NCBI RefSeq assembly: GCF_902713615.1
Contig: NW_024055458.1
Coordinates: 62,001 to 126,000 of the forward strand
Reading direction: 5' to 3'
Origin: Scyliorhinus canicula
Taxonomy: Eukaryota
DNA: 64,000 nt
Shown here: positions 47,166-59,157 of the stretch, piece by piece
How the letters are laid out: each line of letters opens with the position of its first letter
Numbering within the stretch: position 1 is the first letter of the stretch
Notes under the pieces: generated by a model
The model's database searches: none
Told to the model about the DNA's origin: nothing
What the model saw: only the letters and a program-made list of their open reading frames with translations
Made by a program: the position numbers and the translations under genes

Positions 47166-47599
47166 CGCTGGCGACCAAGGGACGTGCGGAATGTACAACC
47201 TCACTGTGTTGCTGCAGATTCTGATGGTCTGTTTGAGAGGCCAGGTCAGTTGTTGCAAGCGACTGCTGTCTCTGAAATTAACAGATGTCTCAACATATAA
47301 AGCCGTGAGATGTAGAAATTATATCGAAATTAACATAAATTATATTTTGCTGTCATTATTTTGTAAATCCCTGAAATTCTGTTGTGGTTGAACTAGCTGC
47401 TAATATCCGAGCTGTGCGAAAATAAGTAATTTATTTTCTTCTCATTGCCGATCGAAATTTCAGCGCTTGTGACTTAGTTTTCAATTTATTTTATTGGCTC
47501 ATGTGAGGCGAAGTCTCATATTCCTGGAACACACATGTTTCCGGCAATATTCAGAACCAGAATTATTTTGTGCAAACTTTTCTCATACGAAATGTTGGA

Positions 47600-47671
47600 T
47601 GTTTCTGCCCGGTTTCGGGCCGGAGACCTGTCGCTTTTGAGGCGATGTGATAAACACTACACTGCAGAAAC
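47600..47671 (-). pseudogene. Degenerate tRNA-Val
   Basis: Multiple substitutions in the anticodon arm and T loop. Confidence 0.75.
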
Positions 47672-47689
47672 CGCTGGCAATCTTTCATA

Positions 47690-48032
47690 GAAATTAAAGT
47701 GCAGAAGGAGGCCATTCGGCCCATCGAGTCTGCACCGGCTCTTGCAAAGAGCACCCTACTCAAGGTTAACACCTCCACCCTGTCCCCATAAGCCTACCAT
47801 CACTGAGGGAAATTTTGGACACTAAGGGAAATTTTGGACACTAAGGGAAATTTAACATGTCCAATCCACCTAACTTGCACATCTTTGGACTGTGGGAGGA
47901 AACCAGAGCACCCGGAGGAAACCCACGCACACACGGGGAGGATGTGCAGATTCCGCACAGACAGTGATCCAAGCCGGAATCGATCCGTGTCCTCAGTGCA
48001 GTGAGGCCCAACCATTGCGCCACCGTGCCGCC
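47690..48032 (-). mobile_element. HE1-like SINE
   Basis: Reverse complement, full length. Confidence 0.85.
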
Positions 48033-48187
48033 CTGAGTTTAAACAGAGTTGATACACATTTGCTTGTATCTGCGGCACTTTTTGCGACCTCTGATGCAGG
48101 CACCATAGACATTCCATTTCGTTAATTACACGTAGCCTATGGGTATTAATATGCTAATCTTGTTTAATTAACACTATAACTACTTAC

Positions 48188-48221
48188 TGTGCCAAAGCGC
48201 CGCCAGTATTATCACAACCAT
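48188..48221 (-). pseudogene. Orphan family-B leader exon
   Basis: ATG GTT GTG ATA ATA CTG GCG GCG CTT TGG CAC A/GTAAG; no V exon before the SINE and array. Confidence 0.8.
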
Positions 48222-48317
48222 GTCTGACTGAATCTCTCCCAGTGAACTGGACTGGACTGAGTCAGGGATTGTGGAGGAGAGAGGGAACTTAGTGCAGCGC
48301 AGGGAGAGGGTCTATTG

Positions 48318-48407
48318 TGACATCACTCGCCTCCCATCCTATCGGCTTGGCCGACACCATCAGGTGAGTTTCTGACGCCCGCGCTTGAATTTGGCGTCCT
48401 CTGCTGC
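48318..48407 (-). promoter_or_regulatory. Family-B promoter: decamer (48318-48327) and CTCF-like motif (48394-48407)
   Basis: AGTGATGTCA; GCAGCAGAGGACGC (12/14); flank homologous to 8650-8740. Confidence 0.65.
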
Positions 48408-49194
48408 CGGATTCGGTTTACTCCGTGTTAGAATTCGGCTGTTGAGTGGATTCAGTGTTGGTTGCAATGCATATCAGGGCGAGACACCTAGACAGAAATC
48501 TAAATTTCAGCTGTTTATACACTATCTTTGTCACTATAGGTGTTTCTAATCAAAAAATGATGCTTAATCTGTGCAAATCATCCCTCGAGTTCTCGGTTCA
48601 CACCATGGATGCGACGAAGTCGAAAGAATGCCAAGACTTTGGTGGACATGCGGAGGTTAGAACTCAGAATAATAGCAGGGCTCAACAGACTAGTTTTCTT
48701 TACTTTGGTTCTGACGAAGAAGGTACAAAAGGGGAACATCGCTTTTTTCAGAGACCAGATTGTCTGGAATTATTTTCATTAGCTGAAGGGTAAATGCCCT
48801 ATGAAGAGGATAGGTGAATGATATTTCATGCAGCAAGTGTTTGCGAGACAATGAAACGTCATAGAGAACTTAAAATGGATCAGCACCGAGGCACGGGCGG
48901 GATTCCAACACGCGATATTTGGTTTACAAGACCAACGCCTTTCCTCTTGGCCACCGCACCTTATGAAAGCAAACGATGTTGATTGCACTGTGAGTTGTTA
49001 TCATTTGGAGTCTGGCGCAACAATTGATGAGAGAAGAAGAATCAATAGAACATTTCAAAAGGTATTGTCAGAAGTTGAGAATGGAAAACCCCGCGGGATT
49101 TATATGCAGGGTGAAAAGAGCAATAGAAAAAATTCTTTCAAATAGGCGCAGGTAGCGTCAGTTCAATCTGCCCCCACCCCTCCGACACGATATT

Positions 49195-49462
49195 GTTCTC
49201 AGTGAGTTGAGCAGGTGCAGGATGGTCACGGGCTGCTGGGTGCTCAACTGTCGCTATTTCCGCTCCATCACCTGTGACTGCAGCTGATAACCGCAGCACA
49301 ATTTGTCAGCTTTGAGTCTGCGGTGTCCCGGTCACAGCTTCCGTTTGATGGCCTCGCTCCAACACCATTGGGATATTCTAGACATTGCTGCCGCTGCTCG
49401 ATTCCTGTCATTGGTTGGATCAGCAATGCAGTGGGACCTGAATCTGGATTGCTGCTCTGACA
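49195..49462 (+). promoter_or_regulatory. Family-A V upstream module (orphan)
   Basis: Homologous to 14262-14565; abuts the Rex1 fragment. Confidence 0.65.
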
Positions 49463-49469
49463 GATAACT

Positions 49470-50345
49470 CTATCTCCCTCCTGTATTCGGACTCGTCGTT
49501 ATTCAAGATCCGGCCCACTCTGGTCGTATGGTCAGCCAACTTGTAGATGGAGTTGCAACCAAGTTTTGCCACGCAGTCGTATGTGTACAGGGAGTAGAGT
49601 AGGGGGCTAAGTACCCAGCCTTGCGGGGCACCTGTATTGAGGACTATTGTGGAGGAGGTGCTGGTGTTCATTCTTACTGATTGTGGTCTGTTGGTCAGAA
49701 AGTCAAGGATCCAGTTGCAGAGTGGAGAGCCAAGTCCTAGGTTTTGGAGCTTTGATATGAGCTTGGCTGGGATTATGGTGTTGAAGGCGGAGCTGTAGTC
49801 AATACATAGGAGTCTGATGTAGGAGTCCTTGTTTTCGAGATGCTCTAGGGACGAGTGCAGGGCCAGGGAAATGCCATCTGATGTGGACCGGTTGCGACGG
49901 TATGCGAATTGAAGTGGGTCAAGGTGTTCCAGGAGTATGGAGGTGATGCGCTTCATGATCAGCCTCTCGAAGCACTTCATTACAATTGACGTCAGGGCCG
50001 CCGGAGGTTAGTCATTGAGGCATGTTGCCTCGTTCTTCTTTGGTACCGGTATGATGGTGGTCTTCTTGAAGTAGGTGGGGACCTCGGAGTGGAATAGGGA
50101 TAGGTTAAAGATGTCTGTGAATACCTCTGCCAGCTGGTCCGCGCAGGCTCTGAGTGCACGACCAGGGATCCCGCCCGGGCCCGTCGCCTTCCGTGGGTTC
50201 ACTTTCAGGAAGGCCGATCTGACTTCGGAAACTGTGATGGTGGGTATGGGTGAATTAAGGGCTGCTGGGGCACTCGACAGCGGATTGTTGGTTACCTGCT
50301 CAAACCGAGCATAGAATGCATTAAGTTCATCGGGAAGGGGTGCGC
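49470..50345 (-). mobile_element. Rex1/Babar-clade LINE RT fragment
   Basis: LPDELNAFYARF..KATGPGGIPGRALRACADQL and [39 protein letters not shown]. Confidence 0.9.
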
Positions 50346-50943
50346 TGCTGCCAGAGATACAGCAAGACGACTTACAACACCAGTTTAAAGTCCAACAGGT
50401 TTGTTTCAAACATGAGCTTTCGGAGCGCAGCTCCTTCCTCAGGTGAATCACAAAACAGAATCATTTAACCTGGTGTTGTAAGACTTCTTACTGTGCTCAC
50501 TCCAGTCCAACGCCGGCCTCTCCACATCATGGCCAGAGATATGCTCGACCCGGCCCGGTTACGTAGATCTTTGGGCTTTTTTTCTGAGGGATTCTTCTCC
50601 GCTGAGATAGGCCCAAAGAAGATTTTAAGACAGATGTGGTTGGATTCTCAACTGAAAAGGTAATCAAAGGTTATCCGGGGTAAGTGAAATGTGATTCTGA
50701 GGTCATGTTCGCACCTGTCACAAACTTATTGAATGTTGGAGAAGGCTCAAGGGGATGAATAGCCAACTCCTGCTCAACATTCGTCTGTTAGCAGGTCCGT
50801 GAGGAGGTGTCACAATCTCCTGAGTTATCGAGGGAGACACAGTATCGTTGAGCTGTTCCCAGCTGGGCGCCATGAAGGATATTACAGCGATTGAGGCAAC
50901 TCCATGCCGCAGCCAGTGCACGGTACGTGTTATCAGAACAGGA

Positions 50944-51105
50944 AAATCGCTTATTGTCACGAGTCGGCTTCAAATGAAGTTACTGTGAAAATCCCATAGT
51001 CGTCACATTCCGTTCGGGGAGGCTGTTACGGGAATCGAACCGTGCTGCTGGCCTGCTTGGTCTGCTTTCAAAGCCAGCGATTTAGCCCTGTCCTAAACAG
51101 CCCCT
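50944..51105 (-). mobile_element. SINE family 2
   Basis: Reverse complement of the 337-504 type. Confidence 0.8.
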
Positions 51106-51138
51106 AAAAACATATCATCCAGGAGTGGAACAACAACT

Positions 51139-51155
51139 CGTCTCTGGGTGGGATC

Positions 51156-51196
<41 letters not shown>

Positions 51197-51212
51197 CTTG
51201 CGCCACGGAGAC
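51139..51212 (-). tRNA. tRNA-Asn(GTT)
   Basis: GTCTCCGTGGCGCAAGCGGTTAGCGCGTTCGGCTGTTAACCGAAAGGTTGGTGGTTCGATCCCACCCAGAGACG; C6:A67 mismatch; TTTTT at 51106-51110. Confidence 0.9.
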
Positions 51213-51850
51213 GACAACAGGATTACAACTCTGTGCATTTCAACGGTGACGGCCAATCCTCTGATTGCCAGGGACCGAATGAGAATGCTGGTAATATTGG
51301 TCCCCTGAGGCAGTGCGGAAAGTATCTGGAAGGAGCGTACACATGGTCCCGCGGGCATGGACATTTGTGAGACGTGGAATCATCACAGGCCCGTGGATTT
51401 TACAGAACTCACTTGGACAGCACCACACTTTCGTTGAAATACGTCCCTTATCTGGGAACCTCCATAACAGAAAGCAGGAAGTGTCAACATAGATTTGATG
51501 TATTTTCGATCAGAAAGTCGATGTTCCGCTGAAGACTACTGGGGGCTCAGACTCATTGGCATAAGGTCGACCTAAGTTAACGGTCTCGGAAGATTTTATT
51601 ATCCCCACATCTGAGAACTTTTGTTACTGCTGCTCGGAAGTGGATATTCCAAGCTTAAATTTACTGTGCATCGCGACATGCTGATTAATCTCACGAATCC
51701 GAAACGGCTCCTCTATTGACCTATACAAGGACAGAGACGGCAATGCAATTGTGCAGAAATAGACCTGAGTATTTTTCTGAATCCAGATCAAACCATCCTC
51801 CGGTACAAGGGCAGGAACGCAAATTTGCTGGAATTGAAAATACTCTCTGA

Positions 51851-51889
51851 GGCTTTCGTACGTGGTTGTAGCTGCTTTGTGACACTGTG
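51851..51889 (-). promoter_or_regulatory. 23-RSS of the truncated V
   Basis: CACAGTG + 23 bp + ACGAAAGCC. Confidence 0.85.
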
Positions 51890-52014
51890 CTCATTGCACA
51901 GTAATAGACCGCTCCATCCTCCACACTGAGCGCGTTTATATTGAGGTAACCATTCTTTTTAGACTTGTTGGCAGCCGCCAGATATCGTCCTGAGATCTCC
52001 TCTTTCTTCATCGT
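51890..52014 (-). pseudogene. 3' half of a family-B V gene, cut by tRNA array 2
   Basis: MKKEEISGRYLAAANKSKKNGYLNINALSVEDGAVYYCAM matches V3 FR3; upstream of 52014 the sequence is array spacer. Confidence 0.9.
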
Positions 52015-52301
52015 CAGCTGGTTCCCGATGCAGAGCAAAGTGAACACGGCATCATCAGTTCTCGTTTCAGCTGTGGTTACTTTTGAAAGCCCTGCCCTCT
52101 CAAATTAACTTCAAGCAAAACATAACTTATCTCCAGTTCAGCAAAGTTCAATATCTGATCCTTTGATAAGTTGAGACATCAGTTTTAAAGAAACGGCTTC
52201 TTCCAATAAGTTACGTGGCCTCTCAGCGGAACCGTTAGAAGCTGCAACAGTACATTGAGGTTCAACATTGCACAGGACCACTGACTGCGATGCTCCCAGC
52301 A

Positions 52302-52374
52302 GTTTCTGTAGTGTAGTGGTTATCACATTCGCCTAACACGCGAAAGGTTCCCGGTTCGAAACCGGGCAGAAACA
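52302..52374 (+). tRNA. tRNA-Val(AAC)
   Basis: Intact cloverleaf. Confidence 0.9.
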
Positions 52375-54058
52375 TCGCGTGTTTCTCATTTTGGGTGACG
52401 AATGTTTGCACAAAATACGTTTCTTCCTCAATCTCGCACGTTCGAGGAACATGAGATTTGGTCTCTCATGAGATATTAAAATTGCTGCAACAAAGTCAGA
52501 AATACGGAATATTCAAGACGCCTGGGGAAGAAAAGCCTTCCCTATTGTGCCACAATTCGGATATTAGCAGTTTGTTCATCCACCACAGAATCCTTTGGGT
52601 TTACAGATGAACATATTTAATCACCATTTCAAACATGTCTAAATGTACGATAAAAGCAACTTACTGCGTATGCGTCAACGGGAAAGCAAAACAGAAAACA
52701 CAGGACAGTCTCATCAGGTCTGACAGCCTCTGTGGAGAGAGATGGCAAGTGTCGTTTCGAGTCTGGGTGACTCTTTGTCGAAGCTGGACAACTGGATCTT
52801 TGGTCAGGTGTAGACTGGCGGTGTGTGGGGGGGAAGGGGGTGGGGGAAGGCGGGGGGGGGGGGGGGGGAGCGTGAAGCATTGGGCCTCGACAGACGGCCA
52901 GCGATGGGTGGAGAATAACAAAATGTGTTGGGTCGAAATAAAAAGGGAATGTAAATGTTTCGAATCAAAGTTAAGAACTGTGCTGCCAGAGGCGATTAGA
53001 AGATTAGAATGTGTTAATGGCAGATGACAATGAGGAACAAGGGGCGGATTTCCCAAGAGGGATGCGATTGGCTAGGGGAATGGGGAGGGGGAGACAATGG
53101 GAGAGGAAGACGTATCAATGGAAGCAATGAAAATAAGTTGATGGAAATAAACATGTGGTGAAGTGGGAAGAGTGATTTCACGGTGCGAAGTTGTTGAGCG
53201 TACTGTAAAATCCGCAAGGCTGCACCGTGCCTATTCGGAGGTTCGGGTGCTGTTCCTCGGCGTTGTGCTGAGCTACATGGGAACATTGCAGCAGGCCAAG
53301 ATCGGACATGTGGACATGAGAGCAGGACAGTGAGTTCAAATACCAAGCGACAGCAGAGTCTGCCACCAGCTTGTCGATGGAGCGAAGTTGTTTTGCAAAG
53401 TGGTCACCCAGTCGGCATTTAGTCTCTCCAATGGAGAGTAGATGGCATTGGGATCAGCAAATGCAACAGGCCAGATTGAAGGATGTCTGAAAGTAATGTG
53501 TACTCAAAAGGACAGACACAATCGATACTGTAACTGACTTAGAGGAGATGCCAGGGACTTAACTGAAGCAGCTTTGGGGAAGAAAAAACGGTCTTCCTGA
53601 TGGAGAAACAGGAAAAGCCAGTGTGGGAATCCAGACTCAATGTTGATTTGCAATTACCCCTCCTTTCTTATACATGAACGGTATTTAGGCTGCAGCATTT
53701 TACACACCAAAACACAATGAGGTCAAATATAAGAAACACTTAATTGTCAATTCTTAAACTCAACTCAAGCATTGAATAACGAAACAAATATTGTGTAAAG
53801 TCGGTTGCTTTTTTCTGTAGGATTTAAGAATGCTGCATTAATAATAGAAGAGAGCATTCCGCCGTTAGAGATTTGCTGAACAAATGCTTCAGTTCAATAT
53901 AGGTTCTTCTTCTGGCTTGTAAGTTTAGATATCTATTTTTAAGAAACAGACTTGTTCTTGTAAGAAGTGACATGGCCTCTCAGCCGAACCATGCGAAGCT
54001 GCAACAAGGCAGTTGAGTTGAAGGTGACACAGGTCCGTTGGCATCTGTGTGGCCAGCT

Positions 54059-54131
54059 GTTTCTGTAGTGTAGTGGTTACCACATTCGCTTTACACGCGA
54101 ATGATCCCCGGTTCGAAACCGGGCAGAAACA
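54059..54131 (+). tRNA. tRNA-Val(TAC)
   Basis: Val body, TAC anticodon. Confidence 0.8.
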
Positions 54132-54224
54132 TCTGGTGCTTCCAGTTTATCTGTTGCTAAATATTACCTCGATCTCGTAACTGATCTTCATCATCGGGGA
54201 ATAGCAAAAGGCTGGAACAACTGT

Positions 54225-54297
54225 GGGCCAGTGGCGCAATGGATAACGTGTCTGACTACGAATCAGGAAAATTCAGGTTCGACTCCTGGCTGGCTCG
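54225..54297 (+). tRNA. tRNA-Arg(ACG)
   Basis: Arg-ACG body. Confidence 0.8.
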
Positions 54298-54630
54298 CAG
54301 TTAGCTCCTGGTGTTGGCGTCCCCTTTAGTTCTGTGTGTTGGACAGCTGGTTCCCGATGCAGAGCAAAGTGAACACGGCATCATCAGTTCTCGTTTAAGC
54401 TGTGGTTACTTTTGAAAGCCCTGCCCTCTCAAATTAACTTCAAGCAAAACATAACTTATCTCCAGTTCAGCAAAGTTCAATATCTGATCCTTTGATAAGT
54501 TGAGACATCAGTTTTAAAGAAACGGCTTCTTCCAATAAGTTACGTGGCCTCTCAGCGGAACCGTTAGAAGCTGCAACAGTACATTGAGGTTCAACATTGC
54601 ACAGGACCACTGATTGCGATGCTCCCAGCA

Positions 54631-54703
54631 GTTTCTGTAGTGTAGTGGTTATCACATTCGCCTAACACGCGAAAGGTTCCCGGTTCGAAACCGGGCAGAA
54701 ACA
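54631..54703 (+). tRNA. tRNA-Val(AAC)
   Basis: Intact cloverleaf. Confidence 0.9.
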
Positions 54704-56381
54704 TCGCGTGTTTCTCATTTTGGGTGACGAATGTTTGCACAAAATACGTTTCTTCCTCAATCTCGCACGTTCGAGGAACATGAGATTTGGTCTCTCATGA
54801 GATATTAAAATTGCTGCAACAAAGTCAGAAATACGGAATATTCAAGACGCCTGGGGAAGAAAAGCCTTCCCTATTGTGCCACAATTCGGATATTAGCAGT
54901 TTGTTCATCCACCACAGAATCCTTTGGGTTTACAGATGAACATATTTAATCACCATTTCAAACATGTCTAAATGTACGATAAAAGCAACTTACTGCGTAT
55001 GCGTCAATGGGAAAGCAAAACAGAAAACACAGGACAGTCTCATCAGGTCTGACAGCCTCTGTGGAGAGAGATGGCAAGTGTCGTTTCGAGTCTGGGTGAC
55101 TCTTTGTCGAAGCTGGACAACTGGATCTTTGGTCAGGTGTAGACTGGCGGTGTGTGGGGGGGAAGGGGGTGGGGGAAGGCGGGGGGGGGGGAGCGTGAAG
55201 CATTGGGCCTCGACAGACGGCCAGCGATGGGTGGAGAAGAAGAAAAATGTGTTGGGTCGAAAGAAAAAGGGAATATAAATGTTTCTAATCAGTGTTAAGA
55301 ACTGTGCTGACAGAGGCGATTAGAAGATTAGAATGTGTTAATGGCAGATGACAATGAGGAACAAGGGGCGGATTTCACAAGAGGGATGCGATTGGCTAGG
55401 GGAATGGGGAGGGGGAGACAATGGGAGAGGAAGACATATCAATGGAAGCAATGAAAATAAGTTGATGGAATAAACATGTGGTGAAGTGGGAAGAGTGTTT
55501 TCACGGTGCGAAGTTATTGAGCATACTGTAAAATCCGCAAGGCTGTACCGTGCCTATTCGGAGGTTCGGGTGCTGTTCCTCGGCGTTGTGCTGAGCTACA
55601 TGGGAACATTGCAGCATGCCATGATCGGACATGTGGACATGAGAGCAGGACAGTGAGTTCAAATAGCAAGCGACAGGAGAGTCTGCCACCAGTTTGTCGA
55701 TGGAGCGAAGGTGTTTTGCAAAGTGGTCACCCAGTCAGCATTTAGTCTCTCCAATGCAGAGTAGATGGCATTGGGATCAGCAAATGCAACAGGCCAGATT
55801 GAAGGATGTCTTATAGTAATGTGTACTCAAAAGGACAGACACAAACGAGACTGTAACTGACTTAGAGGAAATGCCAGAGACATAACTGAACCAGCTTTGG
55901 GAAAGAAAAAACGGTTTTCCTGGTGGAGAAACGGGAAAAGCCAGTGTGGGAATCCAGGCTCAATGTTGATTTCGTATTACCCCTCCTTTCTTATACATGA
56001 ACGGTATTTAGGCTGCAGCATTTTAGACACCAAAACACAAAGAGGTCAAATATAAGAAACACATAATTGTCAATTCTTAAACTCAACTCAAGCATTGAAT
56101 AACGAAACAAATATTGTGTAAAGTCGGTTGCTTTTTTCTGTTGGATTTCAGAATGCTGCATTAATAATAGAAGAGAGCATTTCGCCGTTAGAGATTTGCT
56201 GAACAAATTCTTCAGTTCAATATAGGTTCTTCTACTGGCTTGTAAGTTTAGACATCTATTTTAAAGAAATAGACGTGTTCTTGTAAGAAGTGACATGGAC
56301 TCTCAGCCGAACCATGCGAAGCTGCAACAAGGCAGTTGAGTTGAAGGTGACACAGGTCCGTTGGAATCTGCGATGCCAGCT

Positions 56382-56454
56382 GTTTCTGTAGTGTAGTGGT
56401 TATCACATTCGCTTTACACGCGAATGGTCCCCGGTTCGAAACCGGGCAGAAACA
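56382..56454 (+). tRNA. tRNA-Val(TAC)
   Basis: Intact cloverleaf. Confidence 0.88.
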
Positions 56455-56548
56455 TCTGGTGTTTCCAGTTTAGTCTGTTGCTAAATATCACCTCAATCCC
56501 GTAACTGGTCTTCATCATCGAGGAATAGCAAAAGCCTATAACTGCTGT

Positions 56549-56621
56549 GGGTCAGTGGCGCAATGGATAACGCGTCTGACTACGAATCAGGAGATTCCAG
56601 GTTCGACCCCTGGCTGGCTCG
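56549..56621 (+). tRNA. tRNA-Arg(ACG)
   Basis: Arg-ACG body, TTTT downstream. Confidence 0.82.
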
Positions 56622-56950
56622 CAGTTCCTAGTTTTGGCGTCCCATTTAGTTCAGTGGGTTGGACAGCTGTTTCCCGATGCAGAGCAAATTGAGCAGGGTA
56701 TCATCAATTCTCGTTTCAGCTGTGGTTACTTATGAAAGCCCTGCCCTCTCAAATTAACTTCAAGCAAAACATAACTTACCTCCAGTTCAGCAAAGTTCAA
56801 TATCTGATCCTTTGATAAGTTGAGACATCAGTTTTAAAGAAACGGCTTCTTCCAATAAGTTACATGGCCTCTCAGAGGAACCGTTAGAAGCTGCAACAGT
56901 ACATTGAGGTTCAACATTGCACAGGGCCACTGATTGCGATGCTCCCAGCA

Positions 56951-57023
56951 GTTTCTGTAGTGTAGAGGTTATCATATTCGCCTAACACGCAAAAGGTCCC
57001 CGTTTCGAAACCGGGCAGAAACA
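56951..57023 (+). pseudogene. tRNA-Val(AAC), degenerate
   Basis: Substitutions in the D loop, anticodon stem and T stem. Confidence 0.75.
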
Positions 57024-58917
57024 TTGCGTGCTTCTCATTTTGTGTGAGGAATGTTTGCACAAAATACCTTTCTTCCTCAATCTCGAACGTTCGAGGAACA
57101 TGAGATTTGGTCTCTCATGAGATATTAAAATTCCTGCAACAAAGTCAGAAATACGGAATATTCAAGACGCCGGGGGAAGAAAAGCCTTCCCTATTTAGCC
57201 ACGATTCGGATATTAGCAGTTTGTTCAACCACCACGGAATCTTTTGGGTTTACAGATGCAGATGAACATATTTAATCACCATTTCAGACATGTCTAAATG
57301 TAGGATAAAAGCAACTTACTGCGTATGCGTCAATGGGAAAGAAAAACAGAAAACACAGGACAGTCTCAGCAGGTCTGACAGCCTCTGTGGAGAGAGATGG
57401 CAAGTGTCGTTTCGAGTCTGGGTGACTATGTCGAAGCTGGACAACTGGATCTTTGGTCAGTTTTAGACTGGAGGAGTGTGTTGGGGGGGGAGGGGGGGGA
57501 GTGAGGGGCAGCGTGAAGCATTGGGCCTCGACAGACGGCCAGCGATGGGTGGAGAATAACAAAAATGTGTTGGGTCGAAAGAAAAAGGGAATGTAAATGC
57601 TTCTAATCAAAGTTAAGAACTGTGCTGACAGAGGCGATTAGAAGATTAGAATGTGTTAATGACAGATGACAATGAGGACAAATGGGCGGATTTCCCAAGA
57701 GGGATGGGATTGGCTAGGGAAATGGGGAGGGGGAGACAATGGGAGAGGAAGATATATCAATGGAAGCAATGAAAATAAGTTGATGGAAATAAACATGTGG
57801 TGAAGTGGGAAGAGTGATTTCACGGTGCGAAGTTGTTGAGCGTACTGTAAAATCCGCAAGGCTGGACCGTGCCTATTCAGAGGATGGGGGCTGTTCCTCG
57901 GCGTTGTGCTGAGCTACATGGGAACATTGCAGCAGGCCAAGATCGGACATGTGGACATGAGATTAGGACAGTGAGTTGAAATAGCAAGCGACAGGAGAGT
58001 CTGCCGCCAGCTTGTCGATGGAGCGAATGTGTTTGCAAAGCGGTCATCCAGTCGGGACTTCGTCTCTCCAATGCAGAGTAGATGGCATTGGGATCAGCAA
58101 ATGCAACAGGCCAGATTGAAGGATGTCTTAGAGTAATGTGTACTCAAAAGGACAGACACAAACGATACTGTAACTGACTTAGAGAAAATGCCAGAGACTT
58201 AACTGAATCAGCTTTGGGAAAGAAAAAACGGTCTTCCTGATGGAGAAACAGGAAAAGCCAGTGTGGGAAACCAGGCTCAATGTTGATTTACAATTACCCC
58301 TCCTTTCTTCTACATGAACGGTATTGAGGCTGCAGCATTTTGCACACCAAAACACAAAGAGGTCAAATATAAGAAACACATAATTGTCAATTCTTAAACT
58401 CAACTCAAGCATTGAATAACGAAACAAATATTGTGTAAAGTCGGTTGCTTTTTTCTGTAGGATTTCAGAATGCTGCATTAATAATGCTGCTCCGGTGTCC
58501 TCCCACAGTCCAAAGATGTGCGGGTTAGGTGGATTGGCCATGCTAAATTGCTCGTAGTGTCCTAAAAAGTAAGATGGGGGGGGGGGGGCTGTTGGATTAC
58601 GGGTATAGGGTGGATACATGGGTTTGACTAGGGTGATCATTGCTCGGCACATCATCGAGGGCCGAAGGGCCTGTTCTGTGCTGTACTGTTCTATGTTCTA
58701 TAATAGAAGAGAGCATTTCGCCGTTAGAGATTTGCTGAACAAATTATTCAGTTCAATATAGGTTCTTCTACTGGCTTGTAAGTTTAGACTTCTGTTTTAA
58801 AGAAATAGACGTGTTCTTGTAAGAAATGACATGGCCTCTCAGCCGAACCATGCGAAGCTGCAACAAGGCAGTTGAGTTGAAGGTGACACAGGTCCGTTGG
58901 AGCCTGCGCTGCCAGCT

Positions 58918-58990
58918 GTTTCTGTAGTGTAGTGGTTATCACATTCGCTTTACACGCGAATGGTCCCCGGTTCGAAACCGGGCAGAAACA
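58918..58990 (+). tRNA. tRNA-Val(TAC)
   Basis: Intact cloverleaf. Confidence 0.88.
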
Positions 58991-59084
58991 TCTGGTGTTT
59001 CCAGTTTAGTCTGTCGCTAAATATTTCCTCAATCTCGTAACTGGTCTTCATCATCGAGGAATAGCCAAAACCTATAACTTCTGT

Positions 59085-59157
59085 GGGCCAGTGGCGCAAT
59101 GGATAACGCGTCTGACTACGAATCAAGTGATTCCAGGTTCGACTCCTGGCTGGCTCG
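59085..59157 (+). tRNA. tRNA-Arg(ACG)
   Basis: Arg-ACG body. Confidence 0.8.

Larger units (their letters stand above)
25685..47690. repeat. tRNA array 1: A units (Val-AAC/Val-TAC/Arg, 2.3-3.0 kb) and B units (Val-CAC/Pro, 2.45 kb) with Penelope-like spacers; inversions at ~32.28 and ~43.68 kb
   Basis: Val-AAC periodicity 32373, 34653, 37623, 40598, 43195; Val-CAC at 44713 and 47165; shared spacer sequence. Confidence 0.92.

Noticed and set aside
50008-50451. Single 147-aa protein gene
   Set aside because: Chimeric ORF: a short non-coding repeat (50350-50530) fused in frame to the Rex1 fragment.
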